A stretch of 59,563 bases of DNA, filler included, from Rhizaria sp. SCN 62-66 (taxonomy: Eukaryota): assembly GCA_001724265.1 (NCBI GenBank). It is 2 parts of 2 records of this genome, joined end to end, with 100 filler letters (N's around TTAATTAATTAA, not from the genome) between each part and the next. Parts side by side here need not be neighbours in the genome. Positions count along the whole stretch, not along the records: positions 1 to 29,845 come from MEDY01000376.1; positions 29,946 to 59,563 come from MEDY01000378.1. The stretch is one strand, 5' to 3'. This document shows, in pieces, positions 23,719 through 36,400 of this stretch (position 1 is the stretch's first letter; each line of letters opens with the position of its first letter). A program made the position numbers and the translations under genes. The notes under the pieces were generated by a model. The model was not told where the DNA came from. It made no database searches and saw only the letters and a list, made by a program, of their open reading frames with translations.

Positions 23719-24849
23719 TGGGTTTGAGGATGACGAGGCAGCGGATGCAATGGCGAGTGCAAGAGCGCGCGTGTACGTCTTGAGGTGCAGCGCAAGAAGC
23801 GCGAGTACGAGACGGAACAGCACAGTGTCCGCGTGGTGGCGGTCGAATAGGGGCGGCAGCGCTGAGGACGGCCCTTTGCCGCTGCCGCTGCCAGATGCGA
23901 TAAACACCGCAGTCGCGGCGTCGTTGACAAAGCCCTCGATTACCTCAGGCGCGTGCGCCTTCGCGTTGTTAGAACTAAAGCTAGAGCTAGAGCTAGAGCT
24001 AGAGCTAGAGCTAGAGCTAGAGCTAGAGCTAGAGCTAGAGCTAGAGCTTGAGCTAGAGCTTGAGCTAGAGCTTGATGTTGTAGGGGGAGGAGCAGTCGCA
24101 AGGCGGAACGTGGGAGCGGGGCTCGCGTGGGCGGCAACCGTGGGGTGTGAAAAGTACTGGTCCCAGACCACGAGCGTGGGCTCGATGGGTAGCAGCGGCA
24201 GCGAGAGCGAGATGAGACACTTCGGCGCGAGCAGCTGCAGCAGCACAGTGACACCTGCGCGGCCGTATGCGCGCCTGAGCTGCGGCAGCTTCGCGTCGAC
24301 AATATCGGTCAGCACGGCTGAGTCGACGAGCAGACCGGCGCACTGCGCGGGCTCGAAGAAGTCGGGCACCTTCATGTCGAGCGCGACTGTGGCGAGCGTC
24401 CAAAAGGCCTGCTCGGCGTCGAGAAACAGCAACAGGAAGTAGGCGATGAAGTTCATGCCCTGCGAGTACCCGGGATACGGGAACGCGTGGGCAAAGGTGC
24501 GCAGCAGATGGTCCAGGTCGCGGCACGACTGCTCGACCGTGCGCTCCTGCGCTGCGAGTGCGCCGAGCATGAACGCGCGCAGAGAAGGCTGTTCAGCGTA
24601 GACGTCGGGCAGCGAGCGCTCGAGGTCCATGAGGATCTGTGTCGGCAGCGGCAGCGCGAGCGCGGTGGTCAGGTGCTCGGCGTACGTCATGTGGCTGTTG
24701 ACCATGCGGTGCAGCGCGCCAGACTGCTTGAACCAGCGCTGGCCGCGCTCGTGCAGGGCCGCCAACGAATAGAGCGCAGGGTCACACGCCACGCCGGTGG
24801 CGAGATCGGCGACGGAAGCGGCGGCACAGGCCGAAGATTGGGAAGACAT
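17488..24849 (-). CDS. TBC-domain Rab GTPase-activating protein with C-terminal EF-hand, ~2453 aa, one in-frame TAG (23560-23562)
   Basis: TBC catalytic motifs QILMDLERS (IxxDxxR) and GYSQGMNFIA (YxQ), plus AEQAFWTL. The frame continues through TAG (..MAEAAAA*FLAQDPAAAAELVAAF..) into the 1995-aa ORF that contains the EF-hand LHDGDGDGALTHAEL. Stop TAA. Start ATG 24849 is tentative. Confidence 0.8.
18508..18552 (-). repeat. CAG/CAA tract encoding poly-Gln (Q15)
   Basis: Mixed CTG/TTG triplets on the + strand within the TBC/EF-hand CDS. Confidence 0.9.
23979..24074. repeat. (GAGCTA)n hexamer tandem repeat encoding poly-Ser in the TBC gene
   Basis: About 16 near-perfect units that read AGC-TCT (Ser-Ser) on the minus strand. 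Confidence 0.9.
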
Positions 24850-25753
24850 TAGGATGCCCTCGCGTCGCAAACGTGGGTCGCGGGCTATAGACAAACGTTC
24901 AGGTCGCGCAAGCAAGGCCTCTTGTGGCTGGGAAGGTCGGGTTTTGTTGAGCTTCAGATAGAACGATTCGGAGACCAAGCTCCTTTGAAACAGGGTCTCT
25001 AAAAGAAAGAAAATAGGGCTTGAATGTGAAGAAATATAATATATATTAGAAGTCGTGATTGTATATCTGTTATCTGTATACTAAGTCATGGTGACGTTTA
25101 CAATCCCGTTTAAATGTGATTTAAAGAAACTGGTCCTTTCGGGGTCGCTAGTCGCTCTTTACTTACACTTTTCTGTTTCTAACCGTGGGGCGGCTTCTCA
25201 GACGTCACTCGAGCGGGACGATGCGGTATGGAGAGCCCTCTTCAGAAAAGCTCAGCTTGGACTTATAGAGCCTGAAATGTAGGTCCTATTGTTTCGCATG
25301 AACAAAATACGTTGCATTCTATTGTTTCATAGTCTGAGATAATGTCTGAGCCGAGTTTATGAGTCGCTATATCGCGGTTGAAGAAAGGCTTGTTGAATCT
25401 GGAGTAATGCGAAAACCTGATCTATGAAGAAGACTTCTGCCAAAGTGAGAGACGGTTCTACGTAGTAGTGCTGTGCGCGGTACATCATTATGCATAAGCT
25501 TAGCTTTAATTGCACAGCGGGCCACGCTAGTCCTGCACGTCAGGGCTCGCTTGATGCTTTGTGTTTGAAGTGGAGGTCTCCTCAATACGGTAAAACAATC
25601 GTCCGCTGAGCTATTCCATGTGGATCAGAAACGTTTCGCACGCAAAATAACTAAATTATCGTCTGACTCACTTGCCTATTTCTTTTTCTATTTCATCGCG
25701 CACTTTTCTGTTGTAGGCTTTGGGACCTTTCGCGGTACCCCGTTGCCTGCTCA

Positions 25754-28700
25754 ATGTTGTTGAGCGCTCTCCTCTTCCCCAAGACAACAAGCCTCTCGCC
25801 ACAACGATGCTCACAACAACCGCAAGTTGTAGTGGCCTAGCACAGTGGCGATGCCGCTCTCAGTGGGCTCTCGCGCGCGCCGCACGCAATCGCGCGTCAC
25901 CGCTCGACTACGACCTCACCAAAAATCGCGGCTTAGGCCCGCCTTGCACCTGTTGCGTTACTGACATCATTGCTCCTTTGCATGTTGCTCTGCCTCATCA
26001 CCCCTGTCGTCGCTCTTATGTCCATGAACACTACAACTAATGTTACTAGTGCAAAGTTTTCAGGTTTAATCTGGTATAACATCACCTCGCTTAACTTCGG
26101 TTCCGGCGCCCAGGGCCTCATTAACTGCACAGAGCCGCCGGACACGATTATCGGCATCACAAGTGAGACATCGACAGATCTCATAGGCCAGTCAGCCACC
26201 TATCCGAAAACGGCCGGCAACACGTACTCCACTTCTCTTTTTGACATCGCCCCACTCATGTCATTTGTGTACCGAGTTGACAGCCTCACTCCGATCTCGT
26301 GCACCATCCTCGACATCCACGGTACAGCGCTCACCCTCGAGTGGACGGTCCCGCAGACGCCGCTGGCTCGCGCGGTGGTTTTTCACAGCTCAGTGGGCAC
26401 TGGCTCCGAGTCGACGACTATCACGTTTCCTGATTTGGTTGCGGCAGCCGTCATATTCTCGCTATTCTCACGGTCAGACTGGTATGAAATCACATTCCCG
26501 AGTGGGTTCACTTTGGAGCTTATCAGCGACACCGACCCCTCTCCTTTCGACTTCACAAAGATCCTGACAGGGTAGACCGTGACAGGGTACATTGTGAAGC
26601 CTAAAACGGGCCTTTATGAGTATGGAGCGTTTGCATCCCCCATGCTCCGCGGCTCGAGCTCGTTTCTTGGCGCCGACCTAAGCATCACTGTGCACGCCAG
26701 CGGCCGCAGCATCACGCTCAAGCCCACGAACCCAACATATTACGAATCAAAGGAGTTCATGGTCACCAGTTATTGGGGGCTAAATCTGCCGCTTTCAAGC
26801 GTCTCTGATGGCTACGTGTCTACGATGAGCATGAACAACGTCTTGCCGGTCGGTACAAACTCGTTCTCGATGCTGGTTCCGGGCCCAAACGTTTTCGAAT
26901 TTGTTGTGTTGAACGGCACCGTGCACACCGCCGCCGCAGCCGTGTGCAACGGTACTACATCTTGCACGTTTTCGTGGACTTTAGTCACCATTGTGAGCCC
27001 AAACGAGCTTGTGTACGCGCTGAGCCGCCAGGATAGCTACCTGACGGGCGCCAACCTCCCCCACATCCCTGCATCTCCAGACACCGACAAGGTCGGAAAT
27101 TTTTACCCAGTGACTTGGGGCTCGAGCGCTAAGCTCCTGCATGTGGAAGACACTGGGTTCATTGTTACGACGTCGCGCACTGCCAGCACGGGCGATCTCA
27201 CGTTCCGCGTCGCCGCGCGCGGGCCCTATTCGTATCTGTCCACGCTCGACCAATTCCGAGTCGAAAACACGGGATTTTCCAACTGTAGCGAGTCTGTTAC
27301 GATGGTTCCTCACAGTATTGCTGTGAATCCAACTACTGCGCTGTTTAAGTACACTTCAACCGAGGCTGATTTTGTGTACTTCACGTTTTCATGTTTGTTC
27401 AAGCCCAGCGAACATTTCTACAACGCACAATTTTTCTCTATCGTTGGAATCAACAACGCTACGCAGCGGAATGCGTACCTCAGCTCCACTGCCGCCTCTA
27501 CAGGGATTGCGTTCACATCGTTTGCCACGACTGCCGCCACATTCTCCTCGTCTTACACCACCGTTGGCTCGCTCCCTGTGTATCTGCGTTCCAACGACTT
27601 TACCGAATCGACGCTGCGCGTCATGTGTGCAACAAACCCCAGCACTAGCGCCTGGGTCCAATTTTCCGGCTCTGTCTCCGCCCCGCCCGTTGCGGTCGAG
27701 CACACGGAAGCGTGGACCGCGTGCACTGTGCTCGAGGCGTCGTGGTTTTGCTCGAAGTCTCCCGCTGCCGCAACAAATAGCGGCAACGTTATCATGGTAT
27801 TTCGCGGCTCGAGCTCTGTCACGTGCCGTTTCGCCGATAAGTACGGTCTTGCGCCGCACAACCCGGTGACAGTCGCGGCGACTGCGGCGGCGCCATTCCG
27901 CCTTACGGTGAAGCTCTCGGAGACCACGGCCGGCAATGTCGAGTTCTGGTTCGGCCCGCCGGCTACTCCGTCGGCAACGTATGTGATGGCGCCGCAAGAC
28001 GCGCTTGTGTTGGAGCGTGCGAATACGAACGACGCCGTTTGCGACGCATCAAACACTCTTGCGAGTTCAACTGTTGCGTACAACTCGGGGACGCTAAAGA
28101 CTTCGCTAGCGTCGACCGTGCCGCGCGTGGCAAGCAACGCCGCAAACTCGGTGCGCGCCGTGTGCACCATGACGATGACCGGCATTGCTAATTGGGTGAA
28201 GTTCTACTACAGCAGCAGCGCGCAGCTTGTTTCGGCTGGCAGCTCGACCGTTACGTCGTCCTTTACTTCTCCGGTTGCTGCTCTTGGTATAGTTTTTGAA
28301 CCAGCTGCAACTGCACTCACTACTGTGACAAATACTGTGGTCGCCACTGGTATTCCAACCATCACGCCTGCGTCAACATCCGAAAGCTATAACGGATTTG
28401 TGTGCTCTGAGGCCATTAACATTGTGCGTGTGAAGAACGTCACAGGTGCCAGTGGGACACTCACGAGCTCTGACATCGCAACGTTTCCGTCGCTGTCGTG
28501 GGGTAAACAGACATATTCCGACTACTATGTGCAGGCTAATGACCCCAACACAAAGCGGTCCGTTGCCTTGTTGCACCGTTCTGTTACTCTTGTCACCTGT
28601 GCCGTGTTTAACAGCCTTGGCATCCGCCGCTACACTGCGGGTGCTGTGTCTGCATCGCCGCTAGCACCGGCAAAACAGGCACTAACGATCACAATCACGC

Positions 28701-29845
28701 GCACGTTTGGTTCCTTTGAAATTAGTGTAACGCCTTCTGCGCAGACCTTTGCGTTCCTGGGCACCACGGACACCGTAAATCTAATCTCCACGACCGCCAT
28801 CCCAAGCATCTCGTCATGCTCGAGTAGCAACTCCGGCACATCTCTGACGTCGTCGCCCCTCTCCATCACGGGCCCCGTCTTCACACGCGTTGCCGGCACC
28901 TCGGTCTTCGCCCCCCTCGTCGTAAATTGTACGCTCTCCGACCGCGTTTCCCTGGCGGACTCGACTGTCAAAATTACACCAGGCGGCCAGTCAGCGTTCT
29001 CTTTGCCACTGTCAACGGGTGGAACTAATTTGATGACAGTCACACACTCGCCGCCGCTGATGACGTTCGTGAGTGTCTTCACGCCGGCCTACAATGCAGT
29101 TGACCTAAGTGCAATCTCGCCGCGGACTGCGCCTTTGTTTGGCTGCTCGGCTGCGCTTGACACATTCATGTTCACCAACGCCGCCAAGATTTCGAAGACC
29201 GCCTTCACGCCAACTTGGAGCGAACCCTCAGCCAAAAGCTTGGTCGCCGCAAGCGTCAGCAACCTGGCTGTGGACCCGTATGCCGTGCTGCTGTATCGCA
29301 AGGCCCTGTCGTCAACCCCCAACACGTGGTGCGAGATCTCGAGTGAACTGACCGGTAACCCTGTGGTTGTGTGGGGCAGCACAATTGCGCCCGCGCCGTT
29401 GCTCGCCACTGCAACTGCGCATCGCTATACCAGCGGTTCCGACACGTACCAGCTTATCAAGTTTGCGCCCGCGACGCCCACGGACACTGTGGCATATCTG
29501 TCTCCGACTGACAAGTTTAGCGTTACCGGCTTCACGATGTCTAACTGTGTGGCGGAGTCTCCCGCTGTGGCGACGACTGTGGCTGGCACCGGCGTTACTG
29601 CAGTCACTGCGGCAACCCGCCTCACTTTGCAAATCCGGTGTCGCGACACCTCTGCTTTGTTTGCTCCTGCAACAATGGCATTTAGTGCGACTGCAAATGG
29701 CGCAACGGGCACGGTCACTCGCGACGGCACTGCCACTGCGCACACACTTTCGTTCTCACCAACCTCGGAGCTTATCTACCGCGCAAGCCCAACGTGGTTC
29801 CCCGGCGCTAAGCCGATCGATGTAACGTTCTTTTCTACTTCACTC
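25754..29845 (+). CDS. Large Thr/Ser/Ala-rich putative surface or secreted protein with ~250-aa internal repeats, truncated by the assembly gap; in-frame TAG at 26573-26575 (also 25838 and 25934 if ATG 25754 is the start)
   Basis: ORFs 25970-26575 and 26579-gap are one frame joined by ..KILTG*TVTGYIVKP.. Hydrophobic segment VALLTSLLLCMLLCLITPVVAL and many N-x-S/T sequons. Start is ATG 25754 or ATG 25982. Confidence 0.75.
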
Positions 29846-29945
29846 NNNNNNNNNNNNNNNNNNNNNNNNNNNNNNNNNNNNNNNNNNNNTTAATTAATTA
29901 ANNNNNNNNNNNNNNNNNNNNNNNNNNNNNNNNNNNNNNNNNNNN
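29846..29945. other. Artificial contig linker N44-TTAATTAATTAA-N44
   Basis: Exactly 100 bp containing the six-frame-stop spacer TTAATTAATTAA. The flanking contigs may not be truly adjacent. Confidence 0.95.
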
Positions 29946-30459
29946 CCGTTTTTCTACATTAACATGAACAAGACTGTGGAAACTGTCGAGAGCAAGAACA
30001 TGAGCAAGACTGTGAAGCCTGTTTAGAGGACGTAATTGCAGTTGCTGAAGTTAGTCCTTAAACTTGTTGAAGACGTGATCCGGGACCTCACGGAAATGAC
30101 CAGGAATCACTCTCTTGCTCGTTACTACTCGCACATGCGCAATCAAGTCAAGGTCATCGGGCTGAGGGGTGAGATTACGTATCCCTCGGAGGATGTTTAT
30201 TATGCACTCGATAAAATGAATGTAGCTAACAAGGCTATTAAGGGGAATAATAACAACAATTCATGTAGTACAGTATATATAAAATAGTTTCATTATTAAT
30301 TACAACCGTTTTATTGAGATCGACATTTTTAAATCTGAAAATACAAAAATCAACCATTTCATGTATCTCTTAATTTTCGACCATAATCAGTACAATCGAC
30401 TGTACATTTGTTTTGTACCTGTGTACTCACATACGTACACATCATTACACGTGAGCCTC

Positions 30460-33400
30460 TTAGAACCTGCGCTTCTTGGCAGCATGTCCGTCGATCTCAA
30501 GCGTGACTACAGCATTAGCGCCCGCAGCACCAGCGTTGCCGGCGCCCGCAGTCGGCACGCCTCCACCGAAGGCACGGCCGAACGTACTGAAGCCAGCAGC
30601 GCCAGCAGCAGGCGCGGCGGCAGCGGCAAGAGCCGCGTTGCTGGCGCCCAGGCGCGCAGCCTCAGCGCTGACAACGGCGGCGATCAGCGCCGCGGTTGTG
30701 CCCGCCCCCGTCTGCGGGGGCACCACCTCGACCGTCACGGACGCCAGACTGTCCACATCGCCCTTGCCGGCCGCCGGAGCGGTGCTCGCGAGCGGGTTGG
30801 CGTTGGTGTCGGCGAGCATGTCGTAGGTGCCCGTGAGGCCCAGCAGTGCCATGACCGCGCCCTTGCCGCCCAGGTCGCCGCGGCCCGGCTGCCGCTGGCC
30901 GGCCACGGCAGCGGCAGCGGCGGCGGCGGTGGCGCCCGGCGCGGGCAGCAGCGGCAGGTTGTAGCGGCCGCGCGTGACCGCCCAGGCCGGGCCGGCCGCG
31001 AGGTGGCCCAGCTCGCCCGCGCCGGCGCCCAGGACGCCCGTGCCGAACACGTTCACGCTCGCGGTCACCGCCTCCGCCCCGGCGCCCGCGTCGGCGACGC
31101 CAACAGGGTTGACGGTGTGCGAGACAGGCACACTCGCGCCCGCCTCGGCCGCGGCCGCAGCAGTGACGATGCCGGCCGCGAGCCTGCCCGCGCCCGTCGC
31201 GGCCGCCGCGCCCGTGACGGGCCCCGCGCCCGTGCCCGCGCGGTCCAGCAGCCCGCCGTCGCGCAGCGCGCCCACTGTCATCGCCGGATTCGCGCCCCCC
31301 GCGCCGGCGCTACTAGACGCGCTGGCGTTGTGGTGGGCGAGGGTGTGCGCCAGCGCGAGATCGTTGGCGTCGGCGGTGACGGCGTGCGAGAGCAGCACGC
31401 CGCCCTCGACGAGCCCCGGGCCCGGCGTGACGGCGAACTCGAGCGAGCCCAGCCCGCCCGCCGCCGCCGCGGGCTCAGAGTCGGGCCGGTAGCCGGACCG
31501 CAGCCAGGCCGACAGCGCGGGAGCGCCGTTGGCCGCCGCAGCCACGGCGGCGGCCGCGGCGGCACCGGCGGCAGTCGCGGCGGCCGCCTTGCTGGTGGGG
31601 CCGCTACCGACCGTGGCCGCTGCAGCCGCCGCCGAGGCCGCCGCAGCGGCGGAAGCAGCGGCCGTAGCGGGGTCGGCGAGCGCAGTCGCAAGCGCGCGCG
31701 AGAGCGGCGGCGCGCGCGCGAGGAGGTCCGCGATGGCGCCGCGCGAGGGCGCGGGCTGCGGGTGGCCCGCGGCGGCGAGCGCGTGCGCGTGCATCAACAC
31801 CACGGCTGGGTCGACCTCGACCGCCACGGGCAGCGGCACGAAGTCGTCGCTGTCGCTGTCGTCCTCGTCCACGTCATCGTTGCTGTGGCTCTTGTCGGCG
31901 GCAGTGCCGCGGTGCTTGAGAGCGGTGCTGCTCTTCTTCCACACGGGCAGCAGCGGGGCGGCCGCGGCGGCTGCGGCAGCGGCGGCGGCGTTGATAAGGC
32001 TGTGGCTGTCGTCGTCCTCGTAGCCCGCGCGAGAGGGCTTGAGACCGCCGTTGCCCATGTGGCTCGCGCCGCTGTGCGAAGAGTGGCACTTGCACGAAGA
32101 CCGCTTGGCGTCACGCGCCAGCTCGCTCTTGAGCTCTTGCTTCACTTCCACGACGCCGTAGCCCCCGGCGCCGCCGCGATACAGCAGCGCGCCCTCGCCG
32201 TTGCTGGCGATGGACTCTTCGCTCTTGACCTTGCTGGGCGCCGGCGCGCGGCCCGCGGCGAGCACGCTGGTGGCGGTGACCGAAGTCAGCACCAGCGTCT
32301 GCGCGCAGGGTCCCGGCGCCGTGGACAGCGCGCTCGTGATGGCCTTCTCGGCGCGCGCCGCGGCCGCCGCAGCCGCCGCGGCCGCGGAGGCCGAGCCGCC
32401 GCCGAGGGGCGAGCCCAGCGCCGAGTGGTGGCCCGAGAGCAGCCCGTTGCTGTGGGCGCCAATCACGCTACCCGAGGGCAGCGGCGCGGCCTCAACGAGG
32501 TCGTACTCGTCCTCGCGCTCCACGTACGCCACGTTGTCGGTGAGCTCGAGGAAGTCGGGCGCGAAGGCGGACCACTTCTCCTTGGCGGGACGCGTCCACA
32601 GCAGCAGCAGCCCCGTTGCGGTGACCGAGGCGACGACGGGGCGCAGCGGGTGGCACGCCAGGTCCCACGCGCCCAGCGACGGGCCCGGTAGCGCGGGCGG
32701 CACCGCGAGCCGCGAGTACGGCGCGGGGAACGGGTATGCGTGCGCGGCCGAGACGGCGGCGGCGTGCTCGGCCGCGGCGCGGGCCGCGGCGCGGGCGGCC
32801 AGCGCGCGTGGGGACGGCGGCGGCGAGAGGGTTGCAGCAATGGCGGCGCTGGCGTCGGAGTCGGTGCTCACAGTGCTGGCAATGCTGTCGGAGCTGGGCA
32901 GAACACTTGCATTGGCACTGGCACTGCTGCTGTTGTTGGACTCATCGCACATGGCGGCAGCGGGTTCCTGCTTGATGATGTCAGAGGCGATCTCTGTCGC
33001 AGCAGCAACAGCAGTGGCGGCGTCCGCCTCAGCAGCGACAGTAGCGAGAGCATCCGCAGAGCGAGGAGCTTCGCTCGCGCTGACGTTACTGCTAGGCTCG
33101 GTCTTCGGCTCGACAGAAGCGGGGCCGTTGTCACTGCCAGCCGGTTTGCTTTCACAGCTGCTGCTAGCTGTGTCAGACTCAGCCTTCACGTCGCCGACTG
33201 GCACAGTCGCAGCCGGAGTCGCGCTTAGAGTGTCGGTGACGTCACTGTCAGTCATCGCCACTGCAGTGGACGGCACAGCGGCATCCACATCAGCTGCAGG
33301 AGCACTGTCGTCAGGAGCAGCAGCAGCAGCAGCGGCATTGGCAGCAGGAGCAGCATCTGCGTCAGCAATAGGAGCGGTAGCGTCGGCTACTAGAGCAGCA

Positions 33401-36400
33401 GCATCAGCATCAACTTCAGGAGCAGGAGCAACCGCAGCAGGAGCAGCAGGAGCAGCGTCGACAGCAGAGTTAAGAGCAGATGCAGATGCACTGCTCGAAC
33501 TGTCGTCGCTCATAGCCTTGCTCTCACCCTCGGTACTCACAGCCTCAACATTAGCCTCGGCTTCAGCCTCAGTATCAACTTCGGCCTCAGCCTTAGCCTC
33601 GTCCTCCGCCTCAGACTCAGCCTTGGCGGCCGCCTTGTCCTTGGCAGGAGTACCGCTCTTGGTACTGGACTTCGCAGCTCCAGACTTCGCATCGTCCTTG
33701 GCCTCGCTCGCATTCGCACTGCCGCTCTCGGCCGCATCGCCGGCAGCGTCAGCGTCAGCAGCGGAGTCGACGGACGAGGCCACAGAGGCTGACGCGGAGG
33801 TGATATGGGACGTGGCGGGGGCATCGCTGTCTGAGACATCAGCATCAGCCTTAGCCTTCGAGCCGGTCTCGGCTTTCGCCCTGGACTTCGCCCCAGCCTT
33901 GCCTGCAGGGTCGGCGCTCTCAGTCGCCGACGCCTCAGACTCCGACTCGCCCTCCTCCTTCTTACTTTCCTTCACTCTCCTCTTGTCTGCAGTAGCGGTA
34001 GCAGCGGCGGCGGCACCGGCGACAGAGACGTCGTACACCCTGCCCGTGATGGCCGTGACGGCGCCGAGCAGTTCCTTGGCGGCCTCGGTGACCGTCGCGG
34101 CCAACCCCATAAGCGTCCTGTTGCGCTCTGACGGGTCCACGGGCGGGGCGGTCGCGGCGCTGGTGGCGGCGGTGCGCCGCAGCGCGTCGGCCAGCGGCTC
34201 CGCGGCCTCGCGCACGACGGCCATGACCCTGACGCGGCTCTCGGGGGTCCTGGTCGACGCGAGCGACCGTAGCGCGGTGGCCACGGGGCCGGCCAGCTCG
34301 GCGGGCGCGCCGATCGCGCGCAGCAGCGAGCGCTCCAGCGAGCCGGGCTTGTTGCCCTTCTCCACGGCCGCCGCCGCCGCCGCGGTCCGCACGCGGGCCG
34401 CCGCGGCCGCGCCAGCCACGGCCGCGGCTTCGGCGCGAGTCCGCGTGTACTGCACAGGACAGTCGGCCGCGGCCTTGGCGTCAGCGTCCGAGTCGGCGGC
34501 CGAGGCGGAGCCGTCCTCGTCGTCGGCGCTCGCTGCAGTCGCCGCCGCCTTACCGCCGTTGGATTTGGCGGGGCTCGCCTTGGCGCTCGCAGTCGGCTTG
34601 TGCGCGGTCTTGACGGGACTGGCCTTGGCGCTCGCAGACGCCTTGCCCGCAGGGCGCACCGGGCTCTTGTCAGCGCTCTTCGCAGAGCTCTTGTTGTGAC
34701 TCTGCGTCTTGCTGTTGGCATTGTCGTCTTCGGTGTTATCGTCGTCGTCGCTGGATTGCGCGTCATCGCTGTCGCTGTCCTTGCTGGCCGCGGCCGCAGT
34801 TTTCTTGCTGCTCTTCTTCTTCTTGGCGTCGCTCTTGGCGCTCTTGTTACTCAGCTCGCGCGCGCTGGGCGTCTTAGCCCGGATTTCGCTGTAGTTGATC
34901 CCCGCGCCTCCCGCCGACTCGCGCCTGCGGCCGCGACGCTGTTCAGCAAGCTTGCCGTCAGCGTCATCGCCGTCGTCGCCATAGTCGTCCTCGTCGTCGT
35001 CTCCGTCGCTGCCGCTATAATCTTCATTGTCGTCGGTCATAGCGACCGTGGGCTTGAGCGCGGACTGTTCCTCAAGCTTGATTTTATCAGCGGTAGCAGT
35101 ATCGATGACGGGGATGCGGCGCTTGCGCATGATGCCCTTGTACTCGTTCACAGCGCTGGCACTCTCGCCGTCGTCGGTAACAGCCACACTGGCATTGGCA
35201 CTCGCAGAGGCACTGCTGTCGGCGTTGCCACTAGCGCTGCGGTCGTTATCGTCCATGCTGTGAGCAGCATTGCTAGCAACACTGACGTCATCCACAGCAC
35301 TCGCGCTCGCACTCCAACTCGCACTCGCGCTCGCGTTGGAGTCAGCGGAAGCGTGGTCGCCGCTCGCGTTGCCGTCAGCGGCAGCGTGGTCGCCGCCCGC
35401 GTTGGCGCTGTTGACGAGGCTGACGGATGTGGTCTCCGTGTCGACGACGGCGGTGGCGCGGCGCTCCCCGACGCCCAGACTGAGCATCAGCAGGTCGTGG
35501 CGCGCCGTGTCGGCCGCGACCGTGACGGCCGTGTCGCCCGTGCACGTGAAGGCCACTGTCTTCCACGTCACGCGCTCGATGATGTCGGAGAAAGACGACA
35601 GAGGCTGCGCCCACCGCAGCGGCGGCAGCGCGCGTACGCCCGGGACCTTGCGCGCGCGGGGCGCCACGGCCTGTGCAGGCGTCAGCAGCGGCACAGCGGC
35701 AGCGGGGGCGGCAACAGGAGCGTTGGCAGCATCGGCTGCGCTCGAGCTCGCACTCGCACTCGAACTTGAGCTTGCGTACAAGTTGTAGCTGTTGTCACCA
35801 TTGCCGTCGGCAGTAGCGGGGACCGCGACGGTGGAGCTGGTGAGCGTGTTGCCGTGGCAGTCTGCCTCGCTCTCGGTCACCGTCGCGGTCGTCTTGACCG
35901 AGGAGAGGACGAAGAACCGGATCGTGCGGTCGCTCGAGTTGACCGCCAGCGTGTAGCTCGGCCCTGGCTTGCGCACAGTCACACGCGTCCGCGTCCGCGA
36001 CACCGGTACCGCAGCAGCGGCCGCGGCAGCAGCGTCAGTGTCGAGGGCCAGGTCGCCGCTGTCGGCGTCGTCGCGGGGAAAGCTGAGGGGGTACTGGGAC
36101 TGCCAGAGCGCAAGCGCGGCGGCCCGGCTGAGGCCCGCGCAGGCGCCGGTGCACTCGCACTCACACTTGGTCTCGATGGTGCTGGCGCTGGCACTGGAGG
36201 CGCTAGAGCCGCTCTGGCTGCTGTCTTGCGCGCAGGTGCAGGGGCAGGAGCAGTAGCAGGCGCAGGCGCAGGCGCAGGCGAGGCACGTGGTGTGGCAGTC
36301 GCAACCGTGGCCGCAGTCGTAGAACGCGCCGACGCCGTCAGTGCCGTCGCTGGGATGGCGACTGCTCGCCGCCGCAGCAGCCACAGGGCCGGTGCGGAGG

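Noticed and set aside
25160-25585. Minus-strand reading frame with several TAGs upstream of the TBC gene
   Set aside because: AT-rich, ends in TGA, and cannot be spliced in frame to the TBC exon. Probably UTR or promoter, so not counted as code evidence.
29890-29901. Palindromic TTAATTAATTAA inside the N run
   Set aside because: Artificial six-frame-stop linker, not biological.
29946-30299. Coding-looking fragment after the gap (PFFYINMNKTVETVESK...)
   Set aside because: Contains an in-frame TAA as well as TAG and has no recognisable motif; at best a remnant.
30361-35788. Long + strand ORFs (776 aa, 832 aa and others) antisense to RBBP5, and similar shadow ORFs over other genes
   Set aside because: Expected from GC-rich, stop-poor coding sequence; no motifs; the opposite strand carries the recognisable protein.
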